Source: Octopus vulgaris (lineage: Eukaryota). Taken from it: DNA of 64,000 nucleotides. Both the position numbers and the translations under genes were made by a program. The notes below the pieces were generated by a model. The model saw only the letters and a list, made by a program, of their open reading frames with translations. It searched no databases and was not told where the DNA came from. Positions 13,339-26,690 of this stretch are shown piece by piece (within the stretch, counting starts at the first letter, position 1; each line of letters opens with the position of its first letter). The stretch covers positions 78,926,001 through 78,990,000 of the forward strand of contig OX597825.1 of NCBI GenBank assembly GCA_951406725.2, written 5' to 3'.

Positions 13339-13561
13339 CACACACACACACTAATAAATGGTACAAGTGTAGTATAGTATATTTGGTAGAGAAATGAGAA
13401 GAGTAATAAAAATAAGCCTCAAATTTAATTAGTATCTTATTATTACTAAACAGATAAAATGAAGTAATCAATTATACTGGCATTCAAATGAACACTTTAA
13501 TATATTATTTTTAAATGTTAGAAAATAGTCTTAAAATAAAATACACTATTAAAGCCAAAAG

Positions 13562-13592
<31 letters not shown>

Positions 13593-14025
13593 ACTTCTCT
13601 TATTTAGTAAGGATGGGCAAAGGTTATCCGTTAGTGAATTCAACTGAATATGGCATAGCCAATTAATTAGGCTTAGAAAGTTAATTACTTAACTTTCATG
13701 ACTGTAAAATAACTATTGACCTTCACACAAGCTAACAACACCATAAAGCTATTTGTACATGTGTCTGTGTATGTTGTGTGTGTGTGTGTGTGTATATATA
13801 CATATAAACACACATGAATGTGCATGTGTGTGTGTACACACCTACATTCATAAAAGTATGTACATATATTCAAATACCAGAGTTTTACATCCTCTTGCAA
13901 CTTAGTTTTTTCTAAGATGTGAAACTGCTTTTTTTTCTCAATTTCTCTCGTCAACTTTTACCTCAAGAAGGACTATCTGAAAAGCTAAATTTTCCACTTC
14001 TCATAGCAAGTTCATGGATTTTACT

Positions 14026-14087
<62 letters not shown>

Positions 14088-14739
14088 AGTTTATATATGG
14101 ATATGAATATATATGAAACTGAACATTCAAATTTCTGTAAAAACAGATTAAAAATGAATGGACAGTCAAGAGGCAGTGGTGTATGTGTATATATACATAC
14201 ACATACACACATACATAGATACACACACATGCAGATACACACACACACAACAACCTTTGTAAAAATGATAGATACTCAATCTTGAGATTATATAATGTAA
14301 AAGAAAAAAGGTTCAGAAATGACTCTTTGTTGAGATTAGTCCAAAAGCCAAAGATGACATTTAATAAAAGTGGTAATTAGTTGGAATTAGACAACATTCA
14401 AAGAAAAGAGGCACTTTTTTTATGGACTTCTTTGATGTCTTAAATATTTATAGATGTGTACACACACACACACACACAAGAATATTTTTGGTAACAATAT
14501 GAAGGCAAAAAAAAAATCTTTTATCTTTCAATCACAGAACCATTCTTATTACCCTACTTCTAATAAATAATAAAGAAATTCTTATTGATTGTTGCTAACA
14601 GATTGAATATGAACCAAATGACAACACCAGGATGTCACTTATTAATGAAAACTATTTAGAATATAGAATCACTATACCAATCTTTATCAAATATGTAGTG
14701 TGTGTGTATGATATCATATATATATATAAAAGATATATA

Positions 14740-14903
14740 TCATCATCATTGTTTAGCGTCCGCTTTCCATGCTAGCATGGGTTGGACGGTTCAACTGGAG
14801 TCTGGGAAGCCAGAAGGCTGCACCAGGCCCAGTCTGATCTGGCAATGTTTCTACGGCTGGATGCCCTTCCTAACGCCAACCGCTCCATGAGTGTAGTGAG
14901 TGC
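14740..14903 (-). mobile_element. Repeat family C 3' end (ggcgttaggaagggcatccagc...(ATG)n tail; LINE-3'UTR-type/SINE)
   Basis: Similar copies at ~22920-23150, 31250-31430, 48748-48918 and 61837-62095 (minus), and 49330-49500 (plus). Confidence 0.75.
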
Positions 14904-14926
14904 TATATATATATATATATATATAT

Positions 14927-14971
<45 letters not shown>

Positions 14972-16464
14972 AGAGAGATCGGTTTTCACTTCCTTAAAAA
15001 TTTGGGACAGAAACTACAACAGCAGCTGCAGTGGTTAATGTAAAATAATAAGATCCTAACAGTCAATCTTGGAGGATTTCCTGATTAAATTATTCTAATT
15101 AGAAATACTGTTCACTGATACGACCTCTTGACATGTCAATGCCTGTTCTGAAGCAGTATCTCCAGCATCATGCTTCATACAAATGAAATAATGCTCACAA
15201 TATTAAATAAAAGATTTAGATAACTATTCTTAGTCTCCAGTAAGGCTATAGATATATGCAATGTCATTTTTTTCTTTCCTTTAATTTATATCGTTCTTTT
15301 GACATTTTGGGGGAATTGTGTGTGCACGTGCTCTCTATATGTAAAGTCTTCATTATCAGCCAGTGGAGGAAATTTTGACAGTTCCACATTTGAACGAATA
15401 AACTAGGACTTGTAATTGAGCAAGGAGGAAGTATTTTAAGGATGTTTCCAAAATGTACAGCTTGTGAAATATTTACAACTGAATATTAAGTATAGAAAAA
15501 TAAACACAACTAAAAATAAAAATCTTAAAAAAAAGTCAGTGGCGGGGGAAGGTGGCTGGGGGGGAGGCTGTTCTTCTGACCCTTGTTTTGATACAGTTCC
15601 ACCATCATTTATATGAGATTTTCTGAAGCGAAGGAGAAAGACTAATCAAAAAATAATCAAGAGAAAACATAATGAGACACCAAAATAATGCTATAATATT
15701 AGTTAAAAATTGAACAAGAATTATGGAAAAGGCATTTGTAAAAAAGAGAGAGAGAGTAATTAAATAGGTAAATAGAATTAAAACCAGGTAGAAATAAGAC
15801 AAAACAGAACTCCGGTAACAGACACTTCTTAAACGTCCCTCCTCATATCACATATTGAGCAAAACCGGTATAATGAGTTAACACAGTGATATGAGGATTA
15901 GGGTGCAACATACCTGTTGTTGTGGTTATTATTATTATTATTATTTTTATTATTATTGGTGGTGGTGGTGGCGGCGGTGTTGATATTGGCATTAGTTGTT
16001 GAAGTAATAGTGGTAGTAACAATGAGGATGATATCTTTATGACTCTCTGATATCAGAAGTGGGCCACACACAGAGAGACAGAGATGAGGGTTAAAAAAAA
16101 AAAACCCAAAAAACATTTTTTTTTTTTGAAAGAAATAAAAGTTGATTAAAAGTGACAATGTTTATGTATTACACAGTCTTGGATAGATTTTTTTTTCAAT
16201 AGTCTTGTTATTGGTGTTGTCCTTATCATCATCATCATCATCATTATTATTATTTTTATTTTTTTTTTTTTGGTTACACATTTCATTGTGTGTAAAATAT
16301 TCTTTTGGTTTATTCACAGTTGAGGAAGAAACAAAGCAAACATGCATTTAGATCTCAATTTATGTCCAAAATATGGTGATGTGGTGATATGCATGCACAA
16401 CATTAAAGATGGCAAGGGAAGAGGGACAGCAAGTAGATCAACTATATGCAGTCAAAATGTCACA

Positions 16465-16558
16465 CTATGTATACACACACACACACGTTATATATATAAA
16501 ATACATGTGCATGAACATATACTTAGATGCATTTTATATATATACAAACATTTAGGTG

Positions 16559-16601
<43 letters not shown>

Positions 16602-16666
16602 ATATATATGTATATATGGATATATATGTATACACACATGTATATATACATATGTATGTGTATATG

Positions 16667-16700
<34 letters not shown>

Positions 16701-16848
16701 CACATGTATACTATGTGCGTAAATGTATGAATATATATATATATGTATACACACACAATGTATATAAAAAATGTATACATACATATATTGTATAACTATA
16801 TGTAAAAATGTGTGCATATTGTGTTTTGTATATATGTATGTATGTGTG

Positions 16849-16890
<42 letters not shown>

Positions 16891-16920
16891 CACATGCATT
16901 TGCTTGTATGTATGCATATA
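16465..16920. repeat. Compound (TA)/(CA)/(TG) microsatellite field, representative of dozens in the window
   Basis: Direct inspection; it explains the spurious YIYI/HTHT ORFs. Confidence 0.9.
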
Positions 16921-17442
16921 AGAAAGACATTTACAAGTATGGCTTTAAAAAAGAAAAAAGAGGGGGAAAACAAAACATTCTATCATAGGAACCAAAGCTT
17001 GAATCTAGTGGTTGCTAGGCAATAGAGTTACAGATAACAACATCAAACAGGCCTGACCAATCCAAATTATAACTAACAAAAGTTTTAATGGATAAATTAA
17101 CATCGTTACCTCCCCACATATTAAGACTGGTGGGCCTGTTTGGTGTCACAGTAAACGCAACTGCCCCACAATCTAAAGGTATTTGGTTTCAACTAACTTC
17201 ATCATATCCTCTGCCTTCTCTTTCTCTCTCTCTTTTTTTTCCATATCTTAGGCCATACTTTTAAATGTTATGTGTGTGTGTATGTGTGTGTACATTTATA
17301 TTTATATTTCATATATATATATATCGTTTATATTTATTTTTTTTAAATCTTTACAATCTTCAAAATGGGTTTTGGGATATTATGAGTCAAATTGATTTCT
17401 CTCTCTTCAATGTTACGTTAGAACTTATCATTACTATCAATA

Positions 17443-17478
<36 letters not shown>

Positions 17479-18119
17479 TTGTGATGAGTTCAACAAGATT
17501 AGATACATGTCGGCCAACCAGAACTTTTTCAATATTTAAAAGCTAAAGTGGAGAAGAGAGAAAGGGACAATAGGGTGATAATGGTGGTTTGGTTGACAAG
17601 GGAGGAGAGGTTTCGCATTTCTCTCTTTTACTTGTTCTTTATATTTTTTTTTCAGCAGGGTGATTTTCATTTGTTTTTTTTTTTGAGTTCTTTTTTCTTT
17701 GCTTTTTTTTTTGTCTTCTTCACATTGCAATTAGATGTTCTTTTCTTTTCTTTTTTTTTTAAAGAAATAAATTTGTTTCAATAATATGGATAAAGAAGGC
17801 TTCAAGAAGGTAGGAGGGGTGGGTGGGTGGGTGAAGTGAGTGAAAGTGTGTGAGTGAATATGGGAGGCAAAAAGGATTGGAAATAAACAAGCAGGGGTCA
17901 CTTCAGTCAGGCAGTAGTAGTAACACTTTAAAAACTGCCACAAATAGAATTGAATAATTAAAGATGATGAAAATGGTTAAGTTCCAACCACAACAGCAGC
18001 AACAACAACAACAGTTTGTCTCTATATTTATGTATGTATGTATGTATGTATGTATGCATGCATGAGTATGCAAATTCTTATTTTCCTCTCATATTTATAA
18101 CTTCTGAGATTTTATATAT

Positions 18120-18178
<59 letters not shown>

Positions 18179-18179
<1 letters not shown>

Positions 18180-18468
18180 TGAGTAATTGAATGAATTATC
18201 TTATTAAGGATAATTCGAAAGATAACCGATACCTGGGTAGCAAATTCACATCAGAAAGAACACGCTTGAAGCTATGTCCATAGGGCATAGACTACGTATC
18301 TTCGTGCGGAAATTTGTATGTTTATTTTAAAATTGTAAGTATATGAAAGAATGGAGTTGAACGACTAGTTAACAAATATCCTTTATTCTCGACATATGTC
18401 GAGAATAAAGGATATTTGTTAACTAGTCGTTCAACTCCATTCTTTCATATACTTACAATTTTAAAATA
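18179..18468 (-). mobile_element. Fold-back element in a (TA)n tract with a 146-bp perfect spacerless palindrome (18323-18468)
   Basis: Arms checked base by base around centre gacat|atgtc (18395/18396); flanked by (TA)n on both sides. Strand assignment is inferred. Confidence 0.6.
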
Positions 18469-18470
18469 TA

Positions 18471-18541
<71 letters not shown>

Positions 18542-19427
18542 GTATTCTGAAGACCCAATCAACTTTGATATTCACAATAAATCTAATTTCCCACTTAATA
18601 GAGAGTCATACAATTACTAAATGCTCCATTTTTATTCTTATGCTTGTTTGAAAATAACAACCTTATTTTAACATGTATATACATATGTATGTCATTATCT
18701 ATATCTATGTGTATACACACACATATATCTTTGGTGTATGTCCATTTTTCCCCCCATCTTACCATGGATTAGACAAATACATATAATTGAGGTATTGTTT
18801 TACAGCTAGATATATATACACATACAGGCATACATATACATGTATGTACACATGAATGCACATAAGCATATATGAACACATGTGTATATATATGTGTGTG
18901 TGTGTGTGTGTGCATGTATTTTATTTGCAGAATGTGTTTCTCTATAATTTTCACAGTTTCATCCCAAAATCTGCTTCTTATGATGCAATGAAAACTTATT
19001 GAAAGTGATCTTCTTTGTGTGTGAGTGTATGTGGACTCGGACACACAGACACACACACATACACATATGATGCTGCTGAACCTCCACTATCTTCTAAGGA
19101 TGGACATTCAGTGGTTTGATCCAGTTTGATCAACTAAAGCTACTTCTGAAATTAATGTGCATCTGACTGAGTATTCCTCAGACACATGTACACCAAACAT
19201 AATGCTCAGGCGTAATCAGTAACACTAAATACGTGGCAAGGCTGGACTGTTTGTCTAATTACAGGTGCAAGCCATCTGGCAGGCTTCCACTTACCTTCTG
19301 TGTACCCAATTCCAAGTCTTGAATTGTCTCAAGAAATAGAAACTATCACACATACACATATATATGTATATACAAATGTATATGTTACATACATATATGT
19401 ATACATACACGCACACACACACACATA

Positions 19428-19572
19428 TTTTTTACTTGTTTCAGTCATTTGACTGCAGCCATGCTGGAGCAACACCTTTAGTCGACAAATCGCCCCCAGG
19501 ACTTATTCTTTGTAAGCCTAGTACTTATTCTATCGGCCCCTTTTGCCAAACCACTAAGTTACGGGAACATAA

Positions 19573-19603
<31 letters not shown>

Positions 19604-19765
19604 ACGGGCTTCTTTCAGTTTTTGTCTACCAAATCCACTCATAAGGCTTATGGTCAGCCCAAGGCTATAGTAGAAGACACTTGCCTAAGGTGCCACGTAG
19701 TAGGACTGAACCCGGAACCATGTGGTTGGTAAGCAAGCTACTTACTACACAGCCACTCCTGCGCC
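19428..19765 (-). mobile_element. SINE family B
   Basis: Reverse-complement homology to 59277-59681. Confidence 0.8.
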
Positions 19766-20250
19766 TATATATAAATAAATACATATATACATATAGTCAT
19801 ATACATACATACATACATACACACACACACATGTATCATTTAGTAAGAGTTCGACTCAGCTCTGTTGCAACTTAAATTTGCACAGGCTTGTAGAGCAAAT
19901 CTGATTTATCAAGGTATCCAAATGCCTGATGCAATGTTAAGTGTCATGGGGCTGAGACAAACTCATATTAAATAACACATGTAACTTCTACCAAATGTGT
20001 TGAGTGCCACATTTGTTTGTCCACTTATTTGTAGATATCATTTAAAGAACTAACTGTGCTCAGAGCCAGAAGATTTCTTGGAGAACACAAGGCATGGTAT
20101 AAAACATGCCTGACCACTTGTCGTAATGGCAAGAAACTATTGGTAGCCCTTATTTTAATAAGCATGTGTTAAATGATGTATATCTCTCATTGGATGGAGT
20201 ACTTTTTTTGTTGACAGAAAACTATACATATATGAACGTGCATGTTTGTA

Positions 20251-20281
<31 letters not shown>

Positions 20282-21183
20282 GGGCGTGTATATTTTTATA
20301 TTTCATTTCTTTGGATGAGAAGTAAAATGTATTCCCCCGGTGCATAACAATCTTAAGATGTCTACTTCAAAAGTAGCAACTAACTCAACTGAGGTTACCA
20401 CAGACCTAATACACTAGTAATGAACTATCAAGAAGAATTAGCATCATTTGGACTTTACATTTTCTTTTTTATTCTTGATTTCTTTTGGTTTCACTACATA
20501 CACGTGTGCACGAGTGTGTGTGTATATATACATATATATATATACACACACATATATATACATACAGGTATATCTATGCACATGTATAGAGATATAAATA
20601 CACACACACACAGACACACACATGTATATCTAAGTATATGCACACATACATCCATATATACATACATACATATGCATCATGCGATGCCTGTGTGTGCTGA
20701 TGAGATGGAATGTCTACTGTCATAGAACATGTATGAAGAGAGGAATTGAAAGGTGAATGTAAGCTTTGTACAGTAGAAGCCAAGGGATGGTGGTGGTGGT
20801 GGTGGTGGTGGTGGTGCTAGTAGCAGTGTTGTTGTTGGTGGTGGTGGTGGTGGCGTTGGTGGTAGTCATGGCAATGGATGCAGTTTGTGGTAGGGAAGGA
20901 CACAGCACCAGAATGCATTCTCTTCCCCACGGCCTCCAGAACTACCATCAGCTAAGGAAGAAAGAAAAATATATATATTTATATATATATATATATCTGG
21001 AATACTGGAGATGATTGAGCAGCAAAAAAATTGTTTGTTATTCATTTTTTTTCAAGGGTCAGGGTAGATATTCCAGATTTTTTGACAGGCAATATTAATC
21101 ATGCATCTCGCTTGGCTAATGCAGAACAACAAATGTTGATGTCGCTTGAAACACCGTTACATGTAGACTGCAATGATGTTGCC

Positions 21184-21395
21184 TCACTGCCGGTCGAGTT
21201 TAAAGGAATCCTCAGTGGCAGCATCAGTAACAAGATTGGGATCTGTTAACATCTGGACGTCGTCGATATCCAGTGGTACCAATCCAATTTTCAAAGCTTC
21301 CTCTTCAGGTAAGTAATCGGCGTCAAAGTCATTAAGCCCAGTTATTGCATTACCAAGCTCTCGAGCAAAATCTTGCCTGGACAAATCATCAGCAC
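21184..21395 (-). CDS. CRTC1: CRTC/TORC terminal coding exon (C-terminal transactivation domain), TGA stop at 21186-21184
   Basis: tttctttctttcgttatccag acceptor at 21396. The phase-1 G|GT junction rebuilds Gly with the upstream exon. GADDLSRQDFARELGNAITG...PLDIDDVQMLTDPNLVTDAATEDSFKLDRQ* matches the CRTC C-terminus (human [31 protein letters not shown], from memory). Confidence 0.93.
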
Positions 21396-23434
21396 CTGGA
21401 TAACGAAAGAAAGAAACAAAAAATTGTATGAGAAACATTTCAAGATCCAGAAGTTTGCGTTTTAGTGAAAAAAATATTTCAAAGATGCAACAAAAACATG
21501 AAACAGATTTGTTTCTTAACCTTTCGAAATTAGACCAGAAAAGTTATGCCAATAACTTGTGTACAATCAACAGGGAATCAATGAAATAGTTATTGAAATC
21601 GGTTTAAAATATCCCAAAATTTAACTAGTAAATGTTGTATCTACGAGATTTTAGCATAATAGTCGAGAACATTGAAATTTTGCATCTGAAATCTAAGTTC
21701 TGGGTTCAAACGCAGACAAAGAATAGAACATTCAAAGACAACTGGTGAACAAACCAAATGAAATGCAAAGTAGAACATAGAAGCATGAAGAATAAGGTTA
21801 ACAAAACAATTTCTCTTTTTTTTTTTTAAATTATTCCAGAGAGAGAAAAAAAAATGTTTTTTCCACACAGTTACAGTAGCAAGGTATGAAAATAGCTCAT
21901 TAGTTTTCCCATTATGAAACCAGCTATTAATTCCAACAGCATAGACAGAGACACACATACAACAAACACATTTCTATGTTTGTTTTCAGCTTTGACATGT
22001 GTTAATGAGGAGATGGGAGGGAATATTTCATGGTTAGATGCACTTCATAATGTCAACCACTCAACTATGGAATGGGAATGGCAGTTATTTTTTCCAGTTA
22101 AGTCACCTCTGGTAAATGGTGCCACACATTTTCTCCAAGACAACACAACAAAATTCTTCTTCTGGCATCAATTACATATTAAAAACAAATTGATTCACAA
22201 GATATTAATCTCATCTTTTTCTGCTGTTTATCAACACTTAATTAACTCCAAATATTATCTAATCATCGTCTTTAGGAGCAATATTATGGGGATGAACCAC
22301 TACCACTACCAACATAATAAGAGTACCATTCGGGCGGCATTAATAAGCTTAGATGAAGGCAGTGGATTGATAGAATGATTAGAGTTGGAAAATGTCTTAT
22401 GGCATTCATTTCAACTCTTTATGTTCCGAGTTCAAATCCTGCTGATGTGAACTCTACCTTTCATCCTTTTGGGAGGTGGAGGGGGCGATAAAATAAAGTA
22501 CCAGTTTAGTACTGCGATCATAGTCATCAACTAAACCCCACTCACCACAATTTTGCAGGCCTTGTACCTAAATTAGAAATCACTATTAAAATTAAATGCA
22601 AAGGTGGTACAGTGATGGCTAAAATACTGTGCAGCATCTATTCAGTTACATCCCTTTACATCCTGAGTTCAAATCTTGGTGAGGCTGATTGCTGGAGTAA
22701 ATCTATTGATTGCAGCTATCTACACAATCTATTTCCTGTAAGACACTGTTTTGCTCATTGCTGGTGGAAAATATAAAGGACATTATTGTGGCCTAGAAAT
22801 GGAATTCCTGATGATTTGTCTGCAACCAGAAAATTTCAACATTCTGCCCAAGCCCAAACCTGTTTTATGCAAGAGAGGAATGGTTATGACAATTTTAATC
22901 CTAGAAGTGATGTAGTACCTCATCATCATCGTTTAATGTCTGTTTTCTTTGCTAGCATGGGTTGGATGGTTCTGGGAAGCTAGGAGGCTGCACCAGGCTC
23001 CAGTCTGATCTGGCAGTGTTTCTACAACTGGATGCCCTTCCTGACGCCAACCACTCTGTGAGAGTAGTGGGTGCTTTTTACGTGCCACCGGCACAGGTGC
23101 CAAGGGAGGCTGGCAGCAGCCACAATCGGATGGTGCTTTTTACGTGCCACCTATTTCGTTTTAATTAATTTCATTTAAACTATTCTAATAATAATAATGA
23201 GAGAGTCATGAACATCATCACACAACCTATAAATCAGAGTTCTTGAGGTTGCCAGTGAGGAAAACAAAATCAAATTTCTATGTAAAATTAGAGATGCTTC
23301 ATTGATGACAGTAATGTTAGACTAAGTCTGCATTTATCTGGGTGCATGTCTTACAGATTCAGTTCACAGTGTTACATCTAATTCCACCTTCATTTTTGGT
23401 TCATACAATTCTGGATTTTCTTAATGTATACATT

Positions 23435-23469
<35 letters not shown>

Positions 23470-24639
23470 ACATTATTTTTGTTGCAGTGAATGAAATTTG
23501 ATGTGCTTTCAACTACTCTATGTCGTCTTGCTTAAAATGGATTTACAGATGCTTTTAGCTGCTCTTTGGTTTAAAAGGGTTAATGTGCACGTAGTGTTTA
23601 TGGAGCAGAAATAAATTGAAATACATAACCACACCCAGCCATACACACGACAAACATACTTTACTATAAGATGTGAAACAGTTGAAGATGAACAACCAAC
23701 CTCACGTTAAACAGATAACTGGTTTGTCATGTTATGTTCAACCTCACAAGAAATGTGTGCATGTGTGTGTGTGTGTACGTGCACCATTGGTATTGATTTC
23801 TTGAAATGACACATGAGTCCAGATTTACAACTGGTATAGAGTGGCAAGTATTGTAAACAATAATAATGTACGACAACAACAACCAGAAAGGGAGAAATAA
23901 CATCTTATAATGCATCTATATACCAAATAACAAATAATACACTAAGACGTGTCACAGATGCTTCATACACTAAGATGCATCATAAGATTGCTTGTTCATA
24001 CAAAACCTAACCTCAAGCATAGTTAAAATAAATCAATATCAAAAAGTATGGTTAATAAACATGTTTTCAGAAAAAAAGATTCTCCGCCTCTTTCTTTTAA
24101 GAAATAAATGATTTCCTTCATCGTTTACTTCTTTCAAATCATTGACATTTCATATTGTGTGTGTGCGTCTATATATGTGCACACATATAATATGCATCTG
24201 TGTGTGTGTGTGGATATACATACATGCATATACGTGTGTGTGCATGATATTAAATAATTTGAAGTAACAGATTATAACTGAAGAAACTTTTAGCCAAAAT
24301 CAAAAACTCAGAATGTCACAGTTGTATAAATCTGATCTTTACTCTCTTTGATAATCAAATCGTCCTCTTACCTCTCTAGCTGCAACAATCACTAAATTCA
24401 CTGAGAAATCTTTAGTTAGCCTCGGTCTACAGTAAAACACACTTGACCAAGGTGCCATGCAGTGGGATTGAAACCCAAAACCATGTGGTTAGGAAGCAAA
24501 CTTCCTAACCACACACTCATGCCTACACCTACATAGCAGCAAAATTTTCTTCAAATCAAACCCCAAACACTTTAAACAGGGACACAATAGTACTAAAGAT
24601 CTGCCAAAAGCTGGGGTAGTCATGGTTAGAGTGCTTTTG

Positions 24640-24960
24640 ATCTGGCACTCTGTCGTTTATGACAATGGGAGTTCCAGTTGATCCAATCAACAGAACAGTC
24701 AGCTTGTAAAATTAACATGCAAGTGGCTGAGCACTCCACAGACATGCATACCCTTAACATACTTCTCGGAGAGATTCAGTGTGACATAGGATATAACAAG
24801 GCTGGCCCTTTGAAATATATGTACTACTCATTTTTAGCAGCTGAGTGGACTGGAATGGACAGGAAATAAAGTGCCTTGCTCAAGGACATAATGCGCCACC
24901 AGGGAATCAAACTTGCGACCTTACAATCATGAGCCAAATACCACCAAGTCACGCACCCTC
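24640..24960 (-). mobile_element. tRNA/CORE-like SINE (family E)
   Basis: Minus strand shows a B-box-like gtttgattccc, then tgtccttgagcaaggcactttatttc..ccagtccactcagctg..aaatgagta; partial relatives at ~19065-19270, ~36340-36455 and ~41690-41830. Confidence 0.6.
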
Positions 24961-26639
24961 ACGCTTTTGATTCCAGTTTTGCTAAAAGAAACTAAACAAC
25001 AATACCACCATAACCACCACAACAGTACCCAAGTATCCAACTCCACCCCCACTCCAATCACCACCTCTTCATGATTTGTTTGTGGTTAATATCACTGATT
25101 CAAAGACACAAAACAGAGATCCACTAACGGAAATGGAGAGAGCTGTGACTTACACTTGCTTTTCTTTTTGTTCTCTCATCAAAGATTTAATTGTTTTCTG
25201 AAAGTTCCTGACCCAGTTTTGACAAGGCCACCCACTCCTAGTAGTCACATTTTGGTTGTGTCCCCCAAGTCATTGGGAATGCTCCAGCCTGTACTATTTC
25301 ATAGATGAAGCATCAAGTGTTTTCCTTACTTCATGGGGAAATTTAGAGCATCTCAAGTGACTGTGCTTTCCATACCATCATACCTTCAAGCTTTAGTGTT
25401 TAATCTGGCCATATCAGGCCCAAATATTCTACCTGTTTTATGTCCAAACCAAACGGATTTGAGCTCTCACACCTACCCCACAATGTTATTCTAAAATTAA
25501 ACAATCACATCATAGAAATCTGAGAGCTACAAATAAATGTTTGATTGATTCAAAACAATATGAATAAATAAGCATTACATTTGAGAGAGGAATTTGAATA
25601 GTAAAGGATTGAATAGTCATTACAACCGTATAGCTTAGTTCAAAAGTTTATCCTTTCATTCATTCTACTTGGAATAGTCTCTGTCACACTCATTCACCAA
25701 ATTAGTTTGTGACTCATTCATAGAAACTCCCAATTGTCTATGTTTATATGCTTCTGTCTCCACTGACTTCTTGAACAACATATAAGCAACTGATGTACAA
25801 CAATAGTGTAGAAGGGTGCATACATTTGTGAGAATGGGTGTGCATGTGTACGCTAACATGTATATGTGACTGCATGTCTATGTACGAAATTATAATACTA
25901 CAAGTGTGCTAATGATTCTGCCAGCTCACCACTCAATAACAATAACAACAATAACCCTTTTTTGTTATTGGCACAAGGCCTGAAATTTTGAGGGTGGGGA
26001 TAAGTCAATTAGATCAACTCCAGTTTTCAACTCGACCACAAAAGGAAGAAAAGCAAAGTCTACCTTGGCAGAATTTGAACTGGAACGTAAAGGTGAATGA
26101 AATGCTAAGCATTTTGTCCAGCATGCTAAGGATTCTGCCAGTTAACAACAACAACAGTTTCCGATATAGGCATAAAACCCATAATAAGCATTTTGTCCAG
26201 TATGCTAAGGATTCCACCAGCTCATTGCCTCGATCATAATGATTTTTAACAATGGTCCAAAGCTACACATGCTGAGGGATGGGTATAGGTGATCAAACCC
26301 CCTCCACTACTTGACTGGCAACTGCAATTTTTTCTTGTTTTACCAGCCCTAGAGGGATGAAAATTAAAGATGAATTTGGTGGGATTTGATCACAAGATGT
26401 AAAGAGATGTAACAAATTACGACACTGCATTCCCCAATCCACCCTACCCCACCGTCAACACTAACCAATTCTGCTATTCCCTGCTCTTTGAATAACAAAG
26501 GTGAGGAGGACGAAGATGATGAAGTGTTAGATAGTAACTACTCTGAATTTTAGTCTCACCTAAAATATCTAGTGATATATTTTCAAGTGATAACACTTCT
26601 GTACCATATCTAGCACTCTTATGTCGTGTGAGAGAGAGG

Positions 26640-26690
<51 letters not shown>

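Larger units (their letters stand above)
7350..21183 (-). other. CRTC1: Putative very long CRTC 3' UTR (~14 kb)
   Basis: U-rich on the minus strand and relatively TE-poor, running from the stop codon to an AATAAA (plus-strand tttatt 7369-7374) followed by a U-rich tract. Beyond that point the sequence becomes almost entirely TE-derived. Compositional inference only. Confidence 0.4.

Noticed and set aside
13919-20908. Many ORFs rich in YI/HT/CV/T repeats
   Set aside because: They are translations of (TA)n, (CA)n and (ACC)n microsatellites, with no splice or homology support.
21031-21249. Plus-strand 72-aa ORF; also 53817-54050 and 57288-57515
   Set aside because: These are antisense shadows of the CRTC exons.
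25150-25290. Possible extra CRTC exon (gtaagt donor near 25153)
   Set aside because: The acceptor is weak and all three frames from it contain stops.
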